A DNA stretch of 61,650 nt, the filler included, from Squatina squatina (lineage: Eukaryota), in assembly GCA_031763465.1 (NCBI GenBank). It is 4 parts of 4 records of this genome, joined end to end, with 100 filler letters (N's around TTAATTAATTAA, not from the genome) between each part and the next. Parts side by side here need not be neighbours in the genome. Positions count along the whole stretch, not along the records: positions 48,470 to 61,650 come from JARFOE010000004.1; 3 more parts are not named here. The stretch is one strand, 5' to 3'. A model generated the notes under the pieces. The model ran no database searches. It saw nothing but the letters and a program-made list of their open reading frames with translations, and had not been told where the DNA came from. This document shows, piece by piece, positions 51,821 to 61,650 of the stretch (position 1 is its first letter; each line of letters starts with the position of its first letter). The translations under genes and the position numbers were made by a program.

Positions 51821-53692
51821 CTAAAAGGATGCAAAGTAATTTTGTTGAGAGGCTGAAACATTATTAAGTTGTCTATAAACTGGACATCATTCCAAATCTA
51901 ATTATAACCATGCATTCTATATGGGAGACCTAATTTTTGCAAAAATATGCTGCTTAGTTAGATGATTAGCAACCTTAAAAATATTGTAGTTTCCTTCCTG
52001 TTAAGATACTATAATTATTTTGGGAAATGTAAGAGGGCATTGGCTATCAGCAATCTAGTTAATGATGAAATGTATGTAATGGAGAAATATACTTGCAGTA
52101 TAGNNNNNNNNNNNNNNNNNNNNNNNNNNNNNNNNNNNNNNNNNNNNNNNNNNNNNNNNNNNNNNNNNNNNNNNNNNNNNNNNNNNNNNNNNNNNNNNNN
52201 NNNTCCCAAGTAACTATCGGCATAGGTTTTCAAGCAGCGAAGCTCGCTTAAAGAGAATCTGACAGAGCTGTTGATAGAAATAAACAATTCAGGGAAAGGC
52301 CTGAAGTGGAACAACATGTTTGGTGCCGATCAGCGATTTGTGCCTTCACCAGGTTACCAATGGAAACTTTTTCTAAAATAAAAAGAAACTGCCACATCAA
52401 GAGAGGTTTAATTATTTTTTTGTAAATCACGAACTCTTGCTATGTGTTCATTTTAAAATGTCTACTGACCCTTATTTACAAATCTGGGTAATCTCACATG
52501 ATGTCAACATGCTTGTCGTGCAGAGGTCTAATTAAATCCAACATTGATAACTGCGTCTGTTTGACTGAACTGAAACTGATTATCTGTTTGGTAGAAATAC
52601 AGTAAATGTCAGAACTGGTGATAGATGGAGAATAAAGTGCTAGCTTGGTGTTCAATGTAACTCATTTGCACTGTTCCGTAAACCACTCATCTCTGATGTG
52701 TCCTCTATATATTTTGCTGATCACGATCAGCACCACGCAATGATATTTTCTGCTGAGAATGAATCCCAGACTATGACTGTGTCAGAGCAGCTGCACATCA
52801 AAGGCAGGAAGGGATAAAGACATTTGGTGGAGTTTTAGTTCAAAACATACTACCAACCATTTCAGATCCCAGCAAAAATACTCATTTTTACAGCTCAATA
52901 ACTAACTTAGAAATGTAATTTACTTCTGAGCATTTGCTGGAGAANNNNNNNNNNNNNNNNNNNNNNNNNNNNNNNNNNNNNNNNNNNNNNNNNNNNNNNN
53001 NNNNNNNNNNNNNNNNNNNNNNNNNNNNNNNNNNNNNNNNNNNNNNNNNNNNNNNNNNNNNNNNNNNNNNNNNNNNNNNNNNNNNNNNNNNNNNNNNNNN
53101 NNNNNNNNNNNNNNNNNNNNNNNNNNNNNNNNNNNNNNNNNNNNNNNNNNNNNNNNNNNNNNNNNNNNNNNNNNNNNNNNNNNNNNNNNNATGATTTAAT
53201 TGCCTTCTGCATCGTTTGTGACCTTTAACCTGGGCTCTTAGTCATCTATTAACAACATCTCGAGGTAGTGAGCAAGCTTTGAAATTTACAACCTGTTATT
53301 GTACTAGTTCATAAACACTTCCAGTAACTAAGTTATAAATGTCGATAAGCATTAATTATGTGAACACTGTATTTAGCCTTGGAATGTGGAGCTGTGGCCA
53401 AATTGGCTTGAAATGAATGGACATCACGGCAGGAAGTTTTAAACGCTAGATGCACTGCTAGTTAAGAAAAGATTTCTTTTGTGCTGAAGTTATTTGTGAT
53501 CAGTCATTGCGCACTAGTTGCCAATTGTCAAGAGTTTATACAGTTTTACTGACTGCAAGATGTTAACTCCTTCACTCTTGATTTAATGTACAGGAGCTAC
53601 AATTATCTTCTATGAAATTATACTGTTCATTTCAAATAACCATTAAAACCAATTTTACAAAATTAAATGCTGGTAGGGAGCCTCACCCATTG

Positions 53693-53792
53693 GGAGCACA
53701 TAAAGGGAATTTGGGCACATATGTCCTGCCATTAATGCTAATGGTCAGATAATGGTGGGGAGCATGCACTCAAATTCTCAATTATGCACTCC
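53693..53792. repeat. Imperfect inverted repeat (MITE-like)
   Basis: ggagcacataaagggaatttgggcaca pairs with tgcactcaaattctcaattatgcactcc. Confidence 0.5.
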
Positions 53793-54750
53793 TGGTACAA
53801 CTTCATTGAATCGGCCCTTAAATTTGTAAAGTCCTATACTGACAAAACAAAGCTTTCCAGCGTAGAATTATAAAGCTCNNNNNNNNNNNNNNNNNNNNNN
53901 NNNNNNNNNNNNNNNNNNNNNNNNNNNNNNNNNNNNNNNNNNNNNNNNNNNNNNNNNNNNNNNNNNNNNNNNNNNNNNNNNNNNNNNNNNNNNNNNNNNN
54001 NNNNNNNNNNNNNNNNNNNNNNNNNNNNNNNNNNNNNNNNNNNNNNNNNNNNNNNNNNNNNNNNNNNNNNNNNNNNNNNNNNNNNNNNNNNNNNNNNNNN
54101 NNNNNNNNNNNNNNNNNNNNNNNNNNNNNNNNNNNNNNNNNNNNNNNNNNNNNNNNNNNNNNNNNNNNNNNNNNNNNNNNNNNNNNNNNNNNNNNNNNNN
54201 NNNNNNNNNNNNNNNNNNNNNNNNNNNNNNNNNNNNNNNNNNNNNNNNNNNNNNNNNNNNNNNNNNNNNNNNNNNNNNNNNNNNNNNNNNNNNNNNNNNN
54301 NNNNNNNNNNNNNNNNNNNNNNNNNNNNNNNNNNNNNNNNNNNNNNNNNNNNNNNNNNNNNNNNNNNNNNNNNNNNNNNNNNNNNNNNNNNNNNNNNNNN
54401 NNNNNNNNNNNNNNNNNNNNNNNNNNNNNNNNNNNNNNNNNNNNNNNNNNNNNNNNNNNNNNNNNNNNNNNNNNNNNNNNNNNNNNNNNNNNNNNNNNNN
54501 NNNNNNNNNNNNNNNNNNNNNNNNNNNGGGTGGTGGAGGTGGAGGAGCTTAGATAGGGAACCTGTCCTTCTCTAGCCTCCCCAATCACATCAATTTCACA
54601 CCCAATATGTGAGTATACATGCATTTCATCTGACTAGGAGAAGACAGGAGCAGTAGCATCATTTTACATACGATGTAAAGAATAGCAGCAGTAGTGTAAT
54701 TGGAATTTAATAAATGCCATGTCTGTTTACCGAGGACTGACTGTACTCAC

Positions 54751-54826
54751 CAAAGCTCAGCTGGCGGCTTTCGCAGTACTCTGCATATTGGGATGAATCC
54801 ATCATTCGAGTTTGGCGCTCAGCTCT
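54751..54826 (-). CDS. SUPT3H: SPT3 homolog exon
   Basis: Acceptor tcccag, donor gtgagt, 76 nt; [25 protein letters not shown]. Confidence 0.9.
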
Positions 54827-55061
54827 CTGGGACACAAAAGCAATTGGCTGCATTATTTTGAAGCTGGTTGTAAAATTATTGCTGCAGCATAAAAGGGTTA
54901 AAGGATCTTAACAAATTTGTTTGAAAAACAATCTTTAAACACAGGGCATGTTTCTGAATGACTGCCTACACAGGGGACTTCTGTGATTTTAAATTTGCAG
55001 CANNNNNNNNNNATCTAGTGTTTTGAAACTGACTTATTAAGGCCAGTTGGTTGCATGATAC

Positions 55062-55217
55062 CTCTGCCATGCTATGACGTTCATGTCTATCCTCGAAGGT
55101 AGCGCCAAAATACGGCTCATAGGTGATCAGGTCAGGGCGTTCAATGTCATAAATGGCCTTAACTTTCGGGATGGCAGCCAGATCCTTGTAGTCGAGAATC
55201 TCATTGTCCACTTTTGC
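55062..55217 (-). CDS. ABLIM1: Actin-binding LIM protein 1 exon
   Basis: Acceptor ctttccag, donor gtatca, 156 nt, phase 0-0; AKVDNEILDYKDLAAIPKVKAIYDIERPDLITYEP. Confidence 0.88.
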
Positions 55218-56588
55218 CTGGAAAGATAAAATATACAAGAAATACTGTCTCTGAAATTCTTATTTTAAACTTGTGCTGCTTTGTAATATTTATACAGAAT
55301 AGTAAAAAATAACTTCATAAGCACATGTTTAACAATGTGCTTGACACCTTGCGGTGTTATATCTGTAAAGGTGACGGAATTTTTGTCAAACCCTTCCTGT
55401 ATTACAGGAATCCAGTAGACTCAAGCAGCTGACTTCCTCCAAGACAGCATGGTAAAAGGTATCAGCTTTATTATTTGTGTCTTTTAAGTAATACAGATTT
55501 CATCAACATGGATTTTCCATCAAGTGTCACCTATGGTAGCAAGCAGGGACATAGCTAGGCGTACTGCATATATTGGTTTTACAGGAGGCTGAGGTACCAA
55601 TTTGGACAATTCCCATCCTAAGCTAGTTCCAAAGAGTGTGAGTAAATGACTTTGCATGGTGATGTCCCTATGCATTTGTTTGGGGCAGGGGCCAAATGCA
55701 TGTGCCTTAGACTTTAAGTCCTAACCAACGCACAGGGCTGTCACTACATATTCACTTTTGAGACAGTTTTTGGATGGGAAAGTCATGCACACAGACCACT
55801 TCCATGCAAGCTATATGGACAATGACACAATAAATGTGCACCAGTTCATGACCAAGAGACCTGCATATGCATGCAGTCTCTTCTCAGAGCTCTGACTTGA
55901 TCTGGAATGAAAACTAAGGACGATATTTCTATTCCCTCAGGTGGTACTCGAAATGTTGATTGACACAACTGCCATTTATAAATATTTTCTGTTTATAGCA
56001 ATATAACTAATAAAAAGTTCTGCTGAAAAAAATTACAAACAACAACAATACAAGCGTACAATAATNNNNNNNNNNNNNNNNNNNNNNNNNNNNNNNNNNN
56101 NNNNNNNNNNNNNNNNNNNNNNNNNNNNNNNNNNNNNNNNNNNNNNNNNNNNNNNNNNNNNNNNNCTCACATGGGGAAATGGCAAACCTGAAATAAAGTT
56201 GGACAAACTTAAAAAAAACACATTTGGATATTTATTTTCCCAATTTCCTGGGGTCAAGCAGCAGTTTGACCCAAAGATGTCAGGGACGCAATTTCTTCTG
56301 TGGAGATGGGTTTAACTTCAGAAAGTTTTTATGAAGGTGCAGACCAACTAGAAAACTCACAGTAAAATACTATTACATGGTTTCAAGAAAAAAAATGCAG
56401 TGTGAAAGTAAGATGCCAGGGAAAACACATGTTTTGTCCAATTCGCAATGTAATCATTTCACGATAAAATGTCAGGAAAACAGATGTTGGTGAAACCTCA
56501 AATTTTCACAACATCAGAATTTATCAATGTGTACAGACTAATTCTACCACACAGAATCCCTGTGGACAGCAAAGACTGCTCCACCCAC

Positions 56589-56696
56589 CTCCAGCCGCTC
56601 CTGTTTGACTTCATCAGCATCATCCTCCTCAAGCAAGCCCAGCAGCTCCCCTGTTTGGTCAATGGAACTGAGGAATTCTTGGTAGAGTTTCTGGCG
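56589..56696 (-). CDS. SUPT3H: SPT3 homolog exon, 5' part lost in gap
   Basis: [36 protein letters not shown], donor gtgggt. Confidence 0.88.
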
Positions 56697-56960
56697 NNNN
56701 NNNNNNNNNNNNNNNNNNNNNNNNNNNNNNNNNNNNNNNNNNNNNNNNNNNNNNNNNNNNNNNNNNNNNNNNNNNNNNNNNNNNNNNNNNNNNNNNAAAC
56801 TAAATAGCCGCCCGCATCAGTACTTATCTTTGTGAAGAACACATTTTAAGATCCAAAACAATCCTCCCATAAATAATCGATATCTAGTATAAAATAAGCA
56901 TTTCACAGTATCAATCCGGATCTGGCTTGAAGGGATTAATCAGCTAAAATAATCATGTAC

Positions 56961-57047
56961 CTTGTCTTTCCGCATTAGAAACAAAATATCTTCTGCTGCT
57001 ATGACTCGAGCTCCTCTGACTTGTGAGATTTCAGCTGCTTGGTGTAA
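56961..57047 (-). CDS. SUPT3H: SPT3 homolog exon (histone-fold region)
   Basis: Acceptor cccctag, donor gtacat, 87 nt; [29 protein letters not shown]. Confidence 0.92.
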
Positions 57048-59137
57048 CTAGGGGAAACATACAAAAAATGTTACTTACAGATCATAGGCAAATAAACACA
57101 AAGTGTTCTGTGATAAGGTAATCTGACCATATTAGCAATAATGTGTAACTAAAACTTAACACAGTGAAAGCATAACATAAACCTATACTGCATTCCATGG
57201 CAGGATACACAACTCTTTGTTCAATCATTTCTTTTAAAAAAAGGTTAACGCACCTGAAAATAATTTTATGAAATTTAACCCAACATGTACAGAAGAGCTA
57301 CGACTTTCACTCAATGCCCCAGCTGAATAAGAACATTAGTTTAACTCCCGTGCTGGCCAGTATTTGAATTCAGTCCATTCAGAAGTGAAAAATAATAAAC
57401 AACAACAGTAGCTGTTTCTAACAGTCATAGTAAAAGGACATGTTTCCCTTTTGGTTGATGCAGTGGCCACAAGACTCAGTCAATAAATTATAACGTTGGG
57501 CCTTACTGNNNNNNNNNNNNNNNNNNNNNNNNNNNNNNNNNNNNNNNNNNNNNNNNNNNNNNNNNNNNNNNNNNNNNNNNNNNNNNNNNNNNNNNNNNNN
57601 NNNNNNNNAGACTGCATTGGATAGGTGTTAAGTTCAGTATATTACCTTTGGACCTACCACCCAACACTTAAGAAAGTATAATGGTTAAAGCCTTCTTTCA
57701 CATAGTACAGTGTGCCTTGCAAGTTTCAACTTTTTCCTTTTAATTGCCCCAACGATCTTGTACAAATCCATTTCCTGTCAAATGTTTCAATGTAGAGGAA
57801 AACAAGAAAAATTGGAACTTGAAGTACAGAAACCTCAAGAATGCAAAGCATTTTTAATATTAGTTCTTAAATTAAACACAGGACAATGGACATAGTCAAG
57901 TCGTAAACAACATTTTTGTGGGGGTCTATTTTAAGCTGTTTTTAATGGGTTAAATTTAGCAAAGTTGTAAAATCCAGCTGCAAAANNNNNNNNNNCAAAA
58001 CATTTAAGAATTCTTAAAGAGGCTTATTTTGCTAAAATCATTTGAGTAGTAAATATGACCTGAACAGTTTCAAAAATTGGACACATGATGTGTCACATAT
58101 TTGAAAATTGTGTTTGTAGGATAACTATCATTGGGAAGAACAACGATGCACCCGAAACAGTTAAGTCTATTTAAAATCAGTAGAAACTATCTCTGTGACC
58201 TGTTGACTGATGGCCAGATTTTATATTCATTTTGAGCATCCGCATTGCTAACAGTTGATTTTTGTGCTCAAATTCAAACTTAGTATGAAATGCCACTGTA
58301 ACGAATGATCAGAATTAAACATCTAATGCAAGTTAAGTCAGGGCTATATTGCTTGGCATTTCATATTTTTTAAAAAGAATAATTTAAAAAGCACAAANNN
58401 NNNNNNNNNNNNNNNNNNNNNNNNNNNNNNNNNNNNNNNNNNNNNNNNNNNNNNNNNNNNNNNNNNNNNNNNNNNNNNNNNNNNNNNNNNNNNNNNNGCA
58501 GACCTTTGGCTGGCAGCATGCCAGTCCACTGGAGAGTTTAATACATTTAGCTGCCTGTACAGACATGGGTTTTCAAATTAGCAGAAAGGTAAACATTAGT
58601 AGATAAAGTGTGTTGACTCACTTAGATGCATCATTGGTGGCCAGCCAAAAACCACTACCTCAAACACATACCAAATTAATTTTCTATATGTACTCACAAG
58701 GTGCTTCCCGCCCAAACCTCCCCCACAACCACCTCATGGTCTTTATTTGTTTTTCAGGTTATTGAGGGCTAAGCTCTAGTTTGTTGAAACTATTCAAAGA
58801 GTTACACTGTTGCCCCAGAAACCAAATACCATCAACAGTCCCACATATGGGTAACCTCAACCAACGACACTCACGAGACTTACTGTGCTCCAATCAAAGG
58901 TCAGTGAGCCAACCACTGATAAGGCTACACTTCTGGTTTGGTTTGTAAACCCAAACCTATCCAACCCTTCAGGCAAGGGATTCCTTATGTGGTTGCAGCA
59001 TACCACACTTTCTGTCAGATAATTTGTGAATGATTTTNNNNNNNNNNNNNNNNNNNNNNNNNNNNNNNNNNNNNNNNNNNNNNNNNNNNNNNNNNNNNNN
59101 NNNNNNNNNNNNNNNNNNNNNNNNNNNNNNNNNNNNN

Positions 59138-59357
59138 CAGAGGGTGGTGGGGGTCTGGAACTCACTGCCTGAAAGGCTCGTAGAGGAAGAAACCTTCATA
59201 GCATTTAAAATGTACTTGGATATGCACCTGAAGTGCCGTAACCTACAAGGCTACGGAGCAAGTGCTGGAAAGTGGGATTTATTCAGGATAGCTCTTTTTC
59301 GGCTGGCACATACACAGTGGGCCGAATGGCCTCCTTCTGTGCCATCAATTTCTATGA
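59138..59357 (+). mobile_element. CR1 LINE 3' end
   Basis: QRVVGVWNSLPERLVEEETFIAFKMYLD..LQGYGASAGKWD plus 3' tail. Confidence 0.9.
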
Positions 59358-60392
59358 TGAGAGAAAGAGCCAAAAGAGGAAAATAAGGGATGCAACATCC
59401 GCAGTAAAATAAAGCAAAAATCTGCCCACCTTGTTGTGCATTAATGTGGTGAAATCGGAGCAACAACTCATCAAACTGTTGTGCTTTAAGAAATGTTATC
59501 TATTCTAATATCACCAAGTATTGGATGACAGTTTAACAGTCCCTTTAAGTGCAGCCTTGGACTAAAACCATGAATATGACTGGTTAAAGAAAAATTCAAT
59601 TATGTGACTTAAAATATACAGCATTATGCAGCCTGCCAACTCAATACCAGCAAGTAATCACATTAAGCTGCTGACGTCCTAGAACAAATGAAAACAAGAT
59701 TTCGGAGTTTTGATGACAATGTAATATGCTACTGTCCACTAATATATAACCAACGGCTGCTAGTATTTCTTTGTCTGCAATCAGTGCCAGGCAGTGACCT
59801 CAATTAGTGACAAAATATTTAGTCTTGTTATATATCCAACCTCTTATGTGCTACAATCCCTGCACTTTATAACTTTAGTCAGTGTTATTCCCTCTGGGCA
59901 AAACATTATCATTTCTGACCACAACAGAACTTACTCACACTGTACAGCAGCCATGTAACACAGTTAACACAACAAAAATGTTTAATAAAGATTATATAAT
60001 TATTAATGATAGTATTATATNNNNNNNNNNNNNNNNNNNNNNNNNNNNNNNNNNNNNNNNNNNNNNNNNNNNNNNNNNNNNNNNNTGTGTCAACGGCTTC
60101 ACATTTCTACTCTATACAGTGACTGACCACAGACCAGCCGGCTGGTACAATTATTCATACTACTGGTAATAATCACGTCTACATATTTTCAATATAGACT
60201 AGCAATTATACAAACAGGATATCCCCAGGCTCTGGGAAATGACAGGCAACCGACATCAGTTTCACAGTCAGTAATCCGTACGCTGACTAAATATCTTTTG
60301 AAAAGTATATCTTTTTATGAGATTTCTTCTACGAGCAACATTTTTGATAATAAGCAAAAGAAAAATTAAGAAACTTTGCATAAGATTAACTA

Positions 60393-60840
60393 TTGGTCCA
60401 GAAACTGTGGTCGGAGGCTTCCTGTGGGCGGCAGCCTCCGACCTAAAAAATGTCTTCAAAAGGATTGTGGCCCGGGAGGTTCGGAGACTTCTGGTCCTGG
60501 GCCTGTATGGGTACCTGCGGGTAGAGACCCATGTATCCCATGGACGTATGCGCTTCACACGCGTTCCTGGGATCTCGTGGGCTAGCTCAACTAATCGAGG
60601 CAGGGGAATTCCCCCATTCATATAATTAAGGTAATTGCAATTACCATAAGTATGAATGGGAATACACCCAAAAACACAGACACACATGGAATACATTTTT
60701 TTTTAAAGCACAGTGCATATTTAAAAATTAATTGAAATGAAATTTAATTAAATATTTTATAAAAAAATCTATTTTTTTGATTTTTTTAAAAATTATGTTT
60801 TAACAGGCCTAAAATGGATAGGGTTTTTAATATATGAATA
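60393..60840. mobile_element. Probable non-autonomous DNA transposon
   Basis: GGTCCAGAAA terminus (also at ~30763), a ggtcggaggc..gcctccgacc hairpin, and a GC-rich then AT-rich body; family not identified. Confidence 0.4.
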
Positions 60841-60842
60841 TT

Positions 60843-61650
60843 GTGGAATATGTGGAACATTCTTTGTTCCAGTCCTACTCAGGCCCCCTTCCTCACCTCT
60901 TTTTTCAGTACATTGATGATTGTATCGGTGCCGTTTTCTGCTCTCGCCTGAACTAGAAAATTTCATTCACTTTGCCTCCAATTTCCACCCTTCCTCACCT
61001 TCACATGGTCCATCTCAGACTCTTCCCTTCTTTGACTTCTCTGTCTCCATTTCTGGGGATAGGTTCCAGACAAACATCCACTATAAGCCCACTGACTCCC
61101 ACAGCTACCTCGACTACACTCCTCCCACCCCGCTTCCTGTAAGGACTCCATTCCATTCTCCCAGTTGCTCTGTCTCATCTGTTCTGACAATGCCACCTTC
61201 CATACCAGTGCTTCTGATGTGTCTTCCTTTTCCCTCAACCGAGGATTCCCCTCTACCTTGGTTGACGTGGCCCTCAACTGTGTCTGTTTTATTTCCCACA
61301 CCTCTGCTCTCGTCCCTTCCCCTCCCACCCAGAACCACAATAGGGTTCCCCTAGTCCTCGCCTTTCACCCCACCAGCCTCCACGTTCAATGGATTATCCT
61401 CCATCATTTCCAGAATGATCCCACCACCAAAAACATCTTTCCCCTCCCCTTTCAGCATTCCGAAGGGACTGCTCCCTCCGTGACACCCTGGTCCACACCT
61501 CCATCACCCCAGCACCCCCCTCCCCTTCCCACGGCACCTTCCCGTGCAAGCGCAGGAGATGCAACACCTGCCATTTTACATCCTCCCTTCCCACTGTCCA
61601 GGGCCCCAAACACTCCTTCCAGGTGAGACAGTGATTTACTTGTACTTCTT
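60843..61650 (+). mobile_element. Penelope-like retroelement RT fragment
   Basis: YVEHSLFQSYSGP..QYIDDCIG..ELENFIHFASNFHP..FDFSVSISGDRFQTNIHYKPTDSHSYLDY..RVPLVLAFHP; frameshifted; runs off the window end. Confidence 0.88.

Noticed and set aside
54731-54826. 96-nt in-frame alternative ABLIM1 exon using a gtaaac donor
   Set aside because: The peptide is SUPT3H, and the stronger gtgagt donor gives the 76-nt exon that matches it.
57048-60390. RUNX2 P1 first exon, expected inside SUPT3H
   Set aside because: No MASNS-type exon is recognisable in this stretch.
60268-60696. Overlapping 142-aa and 102-aa ORFs
   Set aside because: They lie in a repeat-like element and show no recognisable domain or splice signals.

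Overview
Vertebrate genomic DNA, most likely a cartilaginous fish (inferred from its CR1, L2, RTE, Penelope, Deu-domain SINE and Harbinger repeat content). It is not one locus. Three artificial 100-nt linkers (44N-TTAATTAATTAA-44N) join four unrelated scaffolds, each a patchwork of short contigs separated by placeholder N gaps. Block 1 (1-14438) holds the FHDC1 terminal coding exon and repeats. Block 2 (14539-34300) holds an Ig-superfamily region (a CD200R-like C2 exon, one broken and one possibly decayed V-set exon) and two ARL13B exons. Block 3 (34401-48369) holds ADGRL3/latrophilin-3 on the minus strand: the KVEQK micro-exon and an olfactomedin exon that breaks off mid-exon. Block 4 (48470-61650) holds four SUPT3H exons on the minus strand, with an ABLIM1 exon lying in frame between two of them. 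Gene calls come from my recall of vertebrate protein sequences plus splice-site and phase checks, not from database searches. I found no convincing new biological system. The best leads are the broken exons and the nested ABLIM1 exon (possibly assembly chimeras), and a hAT-type MITE carrying an expandable array of NRF1-like palindromes.
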